Positions 26,845 to 35,492 of a stretch of 64,000 bases of DNA are shown piece by piece; the first letter of the stretch is position 1, and each line of letters starts with the position of its first letter. The notes beneath the pieces were generated by a model. It saw nothing but the letters and a program-made list of their open reading frames with translations. It did no database searches and had not been told where the DNA came from. Location: the IMG/VR virus record IMGVR_UViG_3300044680_000064, positions 9,632 to 73,631 of that record. One strand, written 5' to 3'. This DNA is from a virus (lineage: Duplodnaviria; Heunggongvirae; Uroviricota; Caudoviricetes). The position numbers were made by a program, and so were the translations under genes.

Positions 26845-26930
26845 GAAGAACCCTACTGTCAGGTCTTGCCTGATGCCAGGTTCTCGACCATTCGGGCACC
26901 GCACTGAAGGTCAAGTCATGCGAGGCCCAG

Positions 26931-27004
26931 AACCGGCAGCGGGATTTGAACCCGCGACAAGAACGTTTAGAGCGTTCCACTCTGGCCAGCTGAGTTATGC
27001 CGGT
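26931..27004 (-). tRNA. amber suppressor tRNA (anticodon CUA)
   Basis: Canonical 74-nt clover-leaf: acceptor ACCGGCA/UGCCGGU, U8, D-arm ACUC-AGCUGGCCA-GAGU, anticodon arm GAACG-CUCUAAA-CGUUC (U33, CUA, A37), variable loop UUGUC, T-arm GCGGG-UUCAAAU-CCCGC. Confidence 0.85.
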
Positions 27005-27018
27005 ATCAGTCTTTCGCC

Positions 27019-27028
27019 ATTCTACGAC
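27019..27028 (-). promoter_or_regulatory. GTCGTAGAAT promoter-like motif driving the tRNA cluster
   Basis: Ends 15 nt upstream of the suppressor tRNA 5' end. Confidence 0.45.
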
Positions 27029-27083
27029 CGTTCCCAAAAATCGGCAAGTTCTTTCCGCTTTTCCTGACAGCGGGCCGTCATCC

Positions 27084-27093
27084 GTCGTAAGAT
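27084..27093 (+). promoter_or_regulatory. GTCGTAAGAT variant motif, divergent from the tRNA promoter
   Basis: In the intergenic region upstream of the replication gene. Confidence 0.25.
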
Positions 27094-27366
27094 GTTTGAA
27101 CTGACCATCGTACAGCCATCGTAAACGCGCAAGCCTGAGCCCGCGCTCGGGATTGACGCCGCGCAGGTGTACAAGATATCATTTGTTGATTCGTCCGACA
27201 CCGCCTCTCGAACCGGCGCTCGGATACGTCACGGGATAAGGATCAGAAACACATGACCAGCGACTGAATCCTTCCCAACTGCCGTCCTTGAGATCACCTT
27301 ATCGTCTCCTGGAACGGGTTCGACAGTTGGGCGGGATTCTCTCGCTGGTCAAGAAGGCACACCCCA

Positions 27367-28479
27367 ATGCCAAGGCCGACACTTTTTGAGCATCCCAAGT
27401 TTCACAGGCTCGTCCATGAGCTAAAACTTCCCAGGCCATACGTCCTTGGTCTTCTGGAGTTCCTTTGGCGTCCTGGATACGCATCTGGGAACCCGATTAT
27501 TGGTGACGCAATCGACGTTGAACTGGTCGCCGAATGGCCGGGAACGCCGAACGCACTTGTAACGGAACTCGAAAAACTCCGTTTCATCGACCGTTTGGAA
27601 GATGGTCGTTATCAGATTCATGACCTCTTCGACCACGCTCCGGAGTATGTTTCGGAGCGAAGAAAGCGCGAAAACGAACGCAAAGTGGATAAGACTTGCG
27701 CTTTCTGTTCCGAAATATACCGAAACTCAGACCCAAGATCGACTTACTGTTCATCAAAGTGCAGGTCTGCGGCATGGAGAAAGTCGAATTGTGACGGAAA
27801 TGACACGGAAAATCACGGAAAGAACGAACCGAGCGCAGGTGACGGAACGCAAACGGAAAATCACGGCGCTCTTACTCCCGCGCGCGCTCGCGCTCTTAAA
27901 GAAGAAGAAATACATCTTGCTGCGCAAGATGTCTGCTCGGAGCCGATCAAAGCATCGGCTGCCGAGCCGATGGCTGCCGGCGAGTCCCAAGAGTCGTCCA
28001 AGGTGGTGATGTCTTTCCCGGTGGTTGGCAAGAAGCCAAATAGCGGTTTGACGGAATGGCCTCTCACCGAGGCCAAGGTGGCGGAGTATCAAGAATCTTT
28101 TCCTGGAGTTGACGTGATGGTAGAATGCCGAAAGGCTCGCCAGTGGTGCATTGACAACCCAACGAAACGAAAGACTGTCCGTGGAATGCCAAAGTTTCTC
28201 AGCGGCTGGCTCGCGCGGCAACAAGACCGCGGATCGACTCCAGCGCTTCAAGTCCAAGCGACACCGAAACCGCAAGGCCCGAATGGTCCAGCGCCGGCAG
28301 GCAGATTTCTGACTCCAGATGAGGAAAAACACTATTCGGGAAAATTGGACGAAAATACGCAGCTCCCCTACTGGAAAATCTGCACATGGCCTGGGTATAA
28401 AGAAAAATGCACTTGGCCCTGGTGCGTCGAGCAGCGCCGAAAACTTGCCGAAGAAAATCAAAAAAGAGACGTAGCATGA
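27367..28479 (+). CDS. putative replication initiation or replisome-organizer protein
   Basis: C-terminal TEWPLTEAKVAEYQESFPGVDVMVE...NPTKRKTVRGMPKFLSGWLARQQDR motif, typical of phage replication proteins. CxxC finger in the middle. Confidence 0.45.
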   Translation: MPRPTLFEHPKFHRLVHELKLPRPYVLGLLEFLWRPGYASGNPIIGDAIDVELVAEWPGTPNALVTELEKLRFIDRLEDGRYQIHDLFDHAPEYVSERRKRENERKVDKTCAFCSEIYRNSDPRSTYCSSKCRSAAWRKSNCDGNDTENHGKNEPSAGDGTQTENHGALTPARARALKEEEIHLAAQDVCSEPIKASAAEPMAAGESQESSKVVMSFPVVGKKPNSGLTEWPLTEAKVAEYQESFPGVDVMVECRKARQWCIDNPTKRKTVRGMPKFLSGWLARQQDRGSTPALQVQATPKPQGPNGPAPAGRFLTPDEEKHYSGKLDENTQLPYWKICTWPGYKEKCTWPWCVEQRRKLAEENQKRDVA

Positions 28480-28952
28480 ATCCATTCGCTGACAAGTTGA
28501 CACTAAAATTCGACGGCTCTTGCGAACCGCGCAATCCGGGCGGCGTGGCGACGTATGGATACGTCATCACGGCACCGGATGGCTCAATCGTCAAAGAGAC
28601 CGGAGGACTCGTCTGCAAGGGCGCCGGCGCGACGAACAACGTGGCTGAATATTCAGCTCTCGGCTTCGCGTTGCGATTCCTTGGCGACGAGCAGTGGCTC
28701 GGCAGTCTCGATATTTTTGGCGACTCTCAACTGGTCATCAAACAACTCACCGGAGAATGGGCGTGCAACAAAGAACATCTGCAACGACTGCGCGCCAGAT
28801 GTTTGGAGTTGCTCGATGTCGTCGCCAAGGGAAAATGGACGGCAACGTGGATACCGAGAGAGCAAAACAAACGGGCCGACAAGCATAGCCAAGAGGCTTA
28901 TGAACGCGAGACGGGATTGACATATCCCGAGAGAAGGAAAAAAACAAAATGA
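28476..28952 (+). CDS. ribonuclease H (RNase HI-like)
   Basis: FDGSCEPRNPGG...AEYSALGFALRFL...GDSQLVIKQLTGEW...REQNKRADKHSQ. ATGA overlap with the upstream gene. Confidence 0.75.
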   Translation: MNPFADKLTLKFDGSCEPRNPGGVATYGYVITAPDGSIVKETGGLVCKGAGATNNVAEYSALGFALRFLGDEQWLGSLDIFGDSQLVIKQLTGEWACNKEHLQRLRARCLELLDVVAKGKWTATWIPREQNKRADKHSQEAYERETGLTYPERRKKTK

Positions 28953-30784
28953 CGGATCAGGTGGGTTCAGCTATGCAAAGAGTGAATCTCGACAACATTC
29001 CAAAGTCACTGACAGAGCTACGTCAGTGGGTCGTCTGGAAAATGGCCAGGCGCTCTCCAGACGACAAAGAAGAAACAAAACTGCCGTTCCAAATTAATGG
29101 CGATTTTGCGGAAGCGGACAATCCCGAAACATGGTGTAGTTGGGGCTCGGCAAGATCGGCATATCAGTACGGCGATTACCGCGGCGTCGGATTCGAGTTC
29201 AGTGTCGATGATCCGTTTTGCGGTGTTGATTTGGACAAGTGCAGAAATCCAAAGACGGGCAAGGTCTCCGAATGGGCGAGAGAAATAATTCTGAAATTTG
29301 CGAGCTATGCCGAAGTCTCTCCGTCCGAAACTGGTGTCAAGATTTTCTGTCGTGGCAAATCGCCATTCGACCGCGGGCGAAAAAAGAAATTCCCGGAACT
29401 CGAAAAAGTCTGCGATGATCCGAAGGACGTTGCGATCGAAATCTACGATCAGCGGCGCTACTTCGCAGTCACCGGCTGGCGTTTGGGCGGCGTTCCGCAC
29501 GAACCGACCGAGTGCCAGGAACATCTCGAATGGCTGAAGTCGAAATATTTCAATGACGATCCGAAACCAGTTCAAGACTTCCGGAGCGGCGATGCAGTCT
29601 TCGAACGCGCTCGCAAGTATCTCGAAAAACTGCCGGCCGCTGTAAGCGGCTCCAACGGCCACGGCGCCACATTCCACGCTGCCTGCGTTCTCGTTCTCGG
29701 CTTTGAATTATCCGAGAGCGAAGCGATGTCACTCATGCGAGAATACAATGCACGCTGCCAACCATCGTGGTCTGAACGTGAATTGGAACACAAAGTAAAA
29801 TCGGCGTTTAAGCAACCAGGCCAGAGAGGGTTTCTTCGTAATTCGGCACCGGACAAATGGCAGGGTATTTCGGTGCCGGATTATGCTGCATCTCTGCCGC
29901 CCGAGCCGAAGACGACGACGTTGGTTGAAGCGACCAAGGGATACATCGAGTCGATTCGAAATGGGCAAGTTCCTCTCATCAGCACGAGCATTCCGGATTT
30001 GGATTTTGCGTTGAGTGGTGGACTTGAAAGAAGCGAAATGGTGATCTTCGCAGCCCGCCCTTCACATGGAAAATCACTTGCCGCATTGCAACTCGTCCAC
30101 CATTGGACCGCAACGGGAATTCCATGTGCCATTGTGAGCGAAGAAATGTCGCCGATGATGCTCGGCAAGCGCACTTTGCACTTTGTCAGCGCTCTGCATC
30201 AAGAGCACTGGCATCACGAAATTTGCCAACTCGAACACGAGATCGCCCAGTACGAAACAACGCATGCGCCGTGTCCAATTTTCGAGTCATGCGGCACGGC
30301 ACAAAAGGCAGTTGAATGTATCGAGCGATCGGTCGAAGAACATGGTGTTCGTTGCGCAGTGGTTGACTACGCGCAGCTTTTGCGATCGCCAGGTAAAACA
30401 CGATACGAGCAGGTTACAAACACGAGTATCGCCCTTCGTCAGTTAGCCAATCGCTGCAAAATAACGCTGTTGGTTTTGTGCCAACTCAATCGCGAGATCG
30501 AGCACCGGCCTACATTCACGCCGACATTGGCTGACATTAAAGAAACCGGCCAGCTCGAGCAGGACGCTGACGTTGTCGTTGGATTGTCATGGCCGTACAA
30601 GATGAACACGGAGGAGCCGCCAGATAAATACCAATTCCACATTCTGAAAAATCGCAACCGAGGAATCCGAGAAGCGTGTGTCAATTGCCGACTGGTTGCT
30701 GACCGCCAGATGATCCTCGATCCGCATCCAGGCCAATTCGGAATCGAGGCCGCTCATCCGCACCAACAAGGCATTCAGTTCTAA
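28949..30784 (+). CDS. bifunctional primase-polymerase (PrimPol) fused to DnaB-like replicative helicase
   Basis: N-terminal PrimPol-like LRQWVVWK...LPFQINGDFAEADNPETW. C-terminal RecA-like core with FAARPSHGKSLAALQL and VVDYAQLL. Confidence 0.8.
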   Translation: MTDQVGSAMQRVNLDNIPKSLTELRQWVVWKMARRSPDDKEETKLPFQINGDFAEADNPETWCSWGSARSAYQYGDYRGVGFEFSVDDPFCGVDLDKCRNPKTGKVSEWAREIILKFASYAEVSPSETGVKIFCRGKSPFDRGRKKKFPELEKVCDDPKDVAIEIYDQRRYFAVTGWRLGGVPHEPTECQEHLEWLKSKYFNDDPKPVQDFRSGDAVFERARKYLEKLPAAVSGSNGHGATFHAACVLVLGFELSESEAMSLMREYNARCQPSWSERELEHKVKSAFKQPGQRGFLRNSAPDKWQGISVPDYAASLPPEPKTTTLVEATKGYIESIRNGQVPLISTSIPDLDFALSGGLERSEMVIFAARPSHGKSLAALQLVHHWTATGIPCAIVSEEMSPMMLGKRTLHFVSALHQEHWHHEICQLEHEIAQYETTHAPCPIFESCGTAQKAVECIERSVEEHGVRCAVVDYAQLLRSPGKTRYEQVTNTSIALRQLANRCKITLLVLCQLNREIEHRPTFTPTLADIKETGQLEQDADVVVGLSWPYKMNTEEPPDKYQFHILKNRNRGIREACVNCRLVADRQMILDPHPGQFGIEAAHPHQQGIQF

Positions 30785-30808
30785 AATTCCGTCTGCTTTC
30801 TCGCGTTC

Positions 30809-30818
30809 GTCGTAGAAT
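30809..30818 (+). promoter_or_regulatory. GTCGTAGAAT promoter-like motif
   Basis: 23 nt upstream of ATG 30841. Confidence 0.45.
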
Positions 30819-30840
30819 GTTGGAAACGAAAGGAACTCGC

Positions 30841-31044
30841 ATGCACACGCCTCTACCCGAGCTTGTCGAACAAAACCCGGTCTTGAACGGCGCACCGTTC
30901 CGAATTCGTGGGTGCGACGTGATCTCTCGCGACAAGGGCTGGCGGGTGAAAATCGACGGCCATTGGTTCGGGCCTTTTCAGAATTTCAACGCGGTCGATG
31001 ACTATCTCGACGCGATCGAGAAAACTCAACGACAAGCGGCGTAA
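30841..31044 (+). CDS. hypothetical protein (67 aa)
   Basis: Internal ATG of ORF 30817-31044 with an AAAGGAA RBS. Confidence 0.35.
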   Translation: MHTPLPELVEQNPVLNGAPFRIRGCDVISRDKGWRVKIDGHWFGPFQNFNAVDDYLDAIEKTQRQAA

Positions 31045-31058
31045 ACCGGAGGACAACC

Positions 31059-31367
31059 GTGTTGGCTTTCATCGAAATATTCGAAATCGTTCTCGTCTTC
31101 ATTCTTGGCTTGTTCTTTTTGACGCAGATCATCGTGCCGACGTGGAAGGGAAGCATGTGGTTCCCAAGTTTCCGCTCAGAGGTTCGATGGCTTGAAAAGA
31201 GATTGCGTCACGCGCGACTTCACAACGAAATCGCCGAAGAAAAGAAACGTCTAGCGCGATTAGAATTTCATAGCGAGACGCCAGAAGAAAGCGATTCCGA
31301 TAGCGATATCGCGCCAACGATCCTGCCGACAAAACCAAAGAAACGTTCAACCAAAACCAAGGAGTGA
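31059..31367 (+). CDS. small membrane protein
   Basis: N-terminal TM helix followed by an acidic, Ser-rich tail. Confidence 0.35.
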   Translation: MLAFIEIFEIVLVFILGLFFLTQIIVPTWKGSMWFPSFRSEVRWLEKRLRHARLHNEIAEEKKRLARLEFHSETPEESDSDSDIAPTILPTKPKKRSTKTKE

Positions 31368-31370
31368 TTT

Positions 31371-32636
31371 GTGGAAGACCTGAATTTTCGTCGTATCGCT
31401 GCGATTATCGCGGCCGTGGTGATTGGAATTATTATCGTCGTCGCGGCGTTCTCAGTTGCGACCCACGTTGACGCGAGCGAGCTCGTCGTAAAGCAAAGTC
31501 CAGTGGCCGGCGACCTGACGTGGTACACCAGTCCTGGGATGAAGTACCAAGGATTCGGGAAGATCACGAAGTACAAGCGGCGATCGCAATTCTGGTTTTC
31601 GAGCAAGAATGACCAAGGCAAGCCGGAAGACGAGTCGATCGAGATTCGATTCAACGATGGCGGGCACGCGAACATTTCTGGCGGTATCTCGTGGGAGATG
31701 CCACTCGACGATGAGCATTTGACCGCGTGCCACCAAAAGTTCGGGTCGCAGGAGGCAATCGAGAAACAGCTCATCAAGACGGTTATTCAAAAATCCGTCT
31801 ATATGACCGGGCCGCTCATGTCTTCGACAGAGAGTTACGCCGGCCGTCGCAATGAGCTGTTGCAAATTATCGAAGACCAGATTCAGAACGGCGTATATCT
31901 GACCAAGACCGTCGTGGAGGCGCAGAAAGACCCGATCACTGGAGTCGAGCGAAAGATCAGCGTCGTTCAGCTTGTCACAGGCCAAGATGGCAAGCCTCTT
32001 CGCGCTGAGGATTCGGCCCTCAAAGAATTTGGTATTCACGTTTTCAACCTCGCGATCAACGACATCAAGTACGAAGATCGAGTTGAAGAGCAAATCAAGC
32101 AGCAGCAGCAAGCGACGATGCAAGTTCAGCTTGCCATCGCCGAAGCGAAGCGCGCCGAGCAGCAGGTCATGACGACTCAGAAGGAAGGCGAATCTTCCGC
32201 AGCCAAAGCCGAGTGGGAGCAAAAGACGATCGCCGCCAAACTGGTTCAAGAAGCCAAAATGAAAAAGGAAGTTGCCGAGACCGAGGCGAACCAGAAGCTG
32301 CAAGTCGCTCAATTGGATGCCAAGGCAGCTGAAGAGTTTAAGAAAGCTGAAACTTCCCGCGGCGAAGGCGAAGCGAACCGTCGAAAAGCCGTGATGGCAG
32401 CTGACGGCGCACTAGAGAAAAAACTGGCCGCATGGGTCGAAGCACAGAAGGCGTATGCCGAGGCGATCGGCAAGGCAGGTGTTCCTCACATTGTCTTCGG
32501 AGCGGACGGGAAGGGCGGAGGCGCTTCGTCAGGAGTCCAACAGCTCATCGACATTTTGTCGGCCAAGACGGCGATGGACTTGGACCTGAACATGAAGGTC
32601 AAGAAGCCAGAACCGAAAAACGACCAGCAGCCTTGA
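31371..32636 (+). CDS. SPFH/Band-7 (stomatin/prohibitin/HflC-like) membrane protein
   Basis: N-terminal TM helix, then an SPFH-like core and a long coiled-coil, Lys/Ala/Glu-rich C-terminus. Confidence 0.6.
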   Translation: MEDLNFRRIAAIIAAVVIGIIIVVAAFSVATHVDASELVVKQSPVAGDLTWYTSPGMKYQGFGKITKYKRRSQFWFSSKNDQGKPEDESIEIRFNDGGHANISGGISWEMPLDDEHLTACHQKFGSQEAIEKQLIKTVIQKSVYMTGPLMSSTESYAGRRNELLQIIEDQIQNGVYLTKTVVEAQKDPITGVERKISVVQLVTGQDGKPLRAEDSALKEFGIHVFNLAINDIKYEDRVEEQIKQQQQATMQVQLAIAEAKRAEQQVMTTQKEGESSAAKAEWEQKTIAAKLVQEAKMKKEVAETEANQKLQVAQLDAKAAEEFKKAETSRGEGEANRRKAVMAADGALEKKLAAWVEAQKAYAEAIGKAGVPHIVFGADGKGGGASSGVQQLIDILSAKTAMDLDLNMKVKKPEPKNDQQP

Positions 32637-32684
32637 CGCCTCGTCGGGCTAGCGGAAAGCCATGACGCCTGCCAAAATGGCGTC

Positions 32685-35492
32685 ATGGCGATCCCGCAGA
32701 AAAAACTCGATACACTTCGTCTCATCATCGCGGATCCAAAAACGGACCCGAAACTTCGCGCCGATGCTGAAGCATGTCTCGTCCGTGAGGCCACATTCGA
32801 AGAACGCTGTCCGTGGGCTTGCTACGAAGGCAGGCCGATCGAGTACGCGGAGCGCTTTCACGGCTTCCGCCTCACGCAAGATCAGAAGAAGATGTGCACG
32901 TATCTTCTTCAGCCGCCATATCGACTGCACGTTGACTCGGCCCACGGAGTTGGCAAATCGTGGCTGATGGCACTTCTGACAAACTGGTTTTTTGATACCT
33001 ACGATCCAGGCGTCGCGATCACCACCGGCCCGAGCGACAAATCGGTTCGCCAAAACATCTGGGGTCGCGTTCGTGAGATGCGTCAGGACATCAAGAAGAA
33101 GATCGCCAACTATCCATTCGCGATGATGCCGAGCAGCCCCGAGATGAAGACTGGAGAGTCGCATTGGGCCGTTGGCCAGGTCGCAGCGAAAGCCGAAGCA
33201 TTCCAGGGGAAACACTGGGAATATATGTTCTTCGGATTCGACGAGTCCGAGGGCTTGCCGGAGATTTATTTTGAGACCACCACGTCGATGTTCAAGTCGA
33301 ATGGGAAGCATTTCTGGTTCTCGATTTGCAATCCGCTATCGACCAGCTCTCCGGTGTATCTGAACACGCAAAAGATCGACTACGTCGGCCAAATGCTTTG
33401 GCGGCTCATGTCCGTGTCGGCGTTGAATCACGACAACATCAAAATCCAGATGAACGATGAAGGCAACGACACCGGCGTTGACCCGCCGATACCAGGCGCT
33501 GTGACGCTCGACCAGATTGACGACTGGATCACGGAGTACGGCTGCGACAAACTTGGACAAGGCGAGAAGCCTCAGCCGGGCGACTTCCAGTGGCGACCCA
33601 AGAAAACTAACGCGTGCCCGGAATGCGGATTGATATTTCAAAATCCAGTGGGCGGAGTTTTCCCGAAGCACGGGCAATCGCCGACCAAGCCTGATGGCTG
33701 CGAAGGAACTGGGCTGATAGCCGGTAATTGGTGGCGCCCGTCAGGGCTTGCCGAATCACGCATTCTTGGACGGCGCCCGAGCCACGGCGTCGAGGGTATT
33801 TGGAGCTCTGCGCTCTGGGAGTATTGCGAGAATCGGACAGAAGAGACTGCGATCCCATTTCCGCTTGACGAATTCCCGGAGTTCGGCTGCTTTGTCGCAG
33901 GAACTCTTGTGGAAACAAAATCTGGTCCTGTGCCGATAGAACAACTGAATGCTGGCGACATGGTTCTGACGCGGCAGGGATACAAGCGAGTGAAGGCGGC
34001 TTTTTGCACCGGGATACAACAAACACACACCCTGGTCTGCGAAAACGGACAAACTCTGACTGGGACAGGTAATCATCCAATTTGGGACGGCCACGGGTGG
34101 AAATCTCTTGGTTCGTTGACGAATCATGATATAATTTACACATGGAAACCAGCGAATACGAATACATTGAATATGACGGAATTGTTTGGCATAGAAAACC
34201 GCAAGCGAAACGGATATGGGAGCGAAACTATTTCCGCGGATACATTCCAAGACGCGGCGATATTCCCAGACGAAAACACTATCCGCTCCATCGGTATGTT
34301 TGGGAAAAATTCAACGGGCCGATTCCGAAAAGCCTCTGCATCCACCATAAGGACGAAGACACGTCCAATAACGACATCACTAATCTCGAACTACTCACGC
34401 GATCAGAGCACAGTAAGATTCATTCGGACAACTGGCGAGTCGTCCGAACAAGTGAATGTGAATTTTGCGGAAAAGAGTATCAGCACATTAGTGTGCCGTC
34501 TCGATTCTGTTCCAACAAATGCAAATGCGCATGGCGAAGAAAAAACAAAGTTGACAATGAGACCAGAACATGCAGCGAATGCTCAGTTTCATTCTCGTGT
34601 TGCAAATACGAACCAGCCACAACTTGTTCCCGTTTCTGTACGAACAAGAAATCTTGGAAAACTCGAAGAGGTCTACAACATAACAGTTGAGGATTGTCAC
34701 GAGTATTTCGCCAATGGTGTCCTCGTTCATAATTGTGACGTAGCTCGCTTTGGAGATGATGCAACTGGCTTCCACGGGCGCTGGGGCGGCGTCTCGCTGG
34801 TTCACGATCAGAAGTACGGATGGGACACAAACCAGATCGCCGGCCGACTCAAGGAAATGTGCGACGAGATGGCGCAGTTTGCAAACGCGGTGCGATTAGC
34901 AGCAGCGGTCAAGGCCGGCACGGAAAAGAACTTCAAGCCGTTCTATCCGCATCAATTTCCAGTCAAGATCGACTGCACTGGCGGCTGGGGCGGCGGCGTG
35001 CGCGACAAACGAGACAATTACAACTTCATCGAGATCAACTCATCCAGCACGGCCTATGCGGACTTGAAATATCCGAACATCCGTAGCGAGCTTTGGTTCC
35101 AAGTTGCCGAGAGGGCGCGGATGGGTCTTCTTGATTTGTCGCGGCTTGATGAGGCCGATCGGCAGGCGCTGAAGATCGAAGCGCTAGCGGTCAAATATTC
35201 GTTTGATTCGGCTGGAAGAAAGGTCGTCGAAAAGAAAGATGAGACGAAGAAAAGACTCAAACGATCTCCGGACAATGCCGACAGTTTTTGCCTAGCATTT
35301 TTGCATCACGGCCAAGCAGTTCCGCACATGGTCGGTCAAGAAATGACATCATCGCGCGGCGGACATGAAACTCTGGCGGCGAAGTTCGGAACGCTAGGGC
35401 GAGGCCCAAACTCAACTCGTGATCGCCACACGTTCGACTATGGCGCACAGCCGAAACCGGAACGCCGGTTCAAGACACTTGGAAGGCGTTAG
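32685..35492 (+). CDS. terminase large subunit containing an intein
   Basis: ATPase Walker A SAHGVGKS and Walker B FFGFDESEG. C-terminal nuclease motifs DVARFGDDATG, IDCTGGWGGG, SPDNADSF. Interrupted by Hint blocks. TAG stop. Confidence 0.8.
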   Translation: MAIPQKKLDTLRLIIADPKTDPKLRADAEACLVREATFEERCPWACYEGRPIEYAERFHGFRLTQDQKKMCTYLLQPPYRLHVDSAHGVGKSWLMALLTNWFFDTYDPGVAITTGPSDKSVRQNIWGRVREMRQDIKKKIANYPFAMMPSSPEMKTGESHWAVGQVAAKAEAFQGKHWEYMFFGFDESEGLPEIYFETTTSMFKSNGKHFWFSICNPLSTSSPVYLNTQKIDYVGQMLWRLMSVSALNHDNIKIQMNDEGNDTGVDPPIPGAVTLDQIDDWITEYGCDKLGQGEKPQPGDFQWRPKKTNACPECGLIFQNPVGGVFPKHGQSPTKPDGCEGTGLIAGNWWRPSGLAESRILGRRPSHGVEGIWSSALWEYCENRTEETAIPFPLDEFPEFGCFVAGTLVETKSGPVPIEQLNAGDMVLTRQGYKRVKAAFCTGIQQTHTLVCENGQTLTGTGNHPIWDGHGWKSLGSLTNHDIIYTWKPANTNTLNMTELFGIENRKRNGYGSETISADTFQDAAIFPDENTIRSIGMFGKNSTGRFRKASASTIRTKTRPITTSLISNYSRDQSTVRFIRTTGESSEQVNVNFAEKSISTLVCRLDSVPTNANAHGEEKTKLTMRPEHAANAQFHSRVANTNQPQLVPVSVRTRNLGKLEEVYNITVEDCHEYFANGVLVHNCDVARFGDDATGFHGRWGGVSLVHDQKYGWDTNQIAGRLKEMCDEMAQFANAVRLAAAVKAGTEKNFKPFYPHQFPVKIDCTGGWGGGVRDKRDNYNFIEINSSSTAYADLKYPNIRSELWFQVAERARMGLLDLSRLDEADRQALKIEALAVKYSFDSAGRKVVEKKDETKKRLKRSPDNADSFCLAFLHHGQAVPHMVGQEMTSSRGGHETLAAKFGTLGRGPNSTRDRHTFDYGAQPKPERRFKTLGRR
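33888..34733 (+). mobile_element. intein (282 aa) inserted at the start of the TerL nuclease domain
   Basis: Block A CFVAGTLVET, block B TGTGNHPIW, blocks F/G VYNITVEDCHEYFANGVLVHN followed by the C-extein Cys (CDVARFGDD). Confidence 0.75.
34142..34690 (+). CDS. HNH homing endonuclease encoded inside the intein in an alternate frame
   Basis: HHKDEDTSNNDITNLELLTRSEH HNH motif plus Cys-rich C-terminal zinc-ribbon repeats. Frame differs from the TerL/intein frame. TGA stop 3 codons upstream and TATAAT at 34130-34135. Confidence 0.6.
   Translation: METSEYEYIEYDGIVWHRKPQAKRIWERNYFRGYIPRRGDIPRRKHYPLHRYVWEKFNGPIPKSLCIHHKDEDTSNNDITNLELLTRSEHSKIHSDNWRVVRTSECEFCGKEYQHISVPSRFCSNKCKCAWRRKNKVDNETRTCSECSVSFSCCKYEPATTCSRFCTNKKSWKTRRGLQHNS

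Noticed and set aside
26845-26930. A third tRNA between the two tRNA genes
   Set aside because: No acceptor or T-arm pairing could be drawn on either strand. Only the 8-bp hairpin at 26821-26844 is structured.
32685-35492. Treating the 935-aa ORF as a single unusually large terminase
   Set aside because: Hint blocks A, B, F and G and a C-extein Cys are present. Removing the intein restores a normal terminase.
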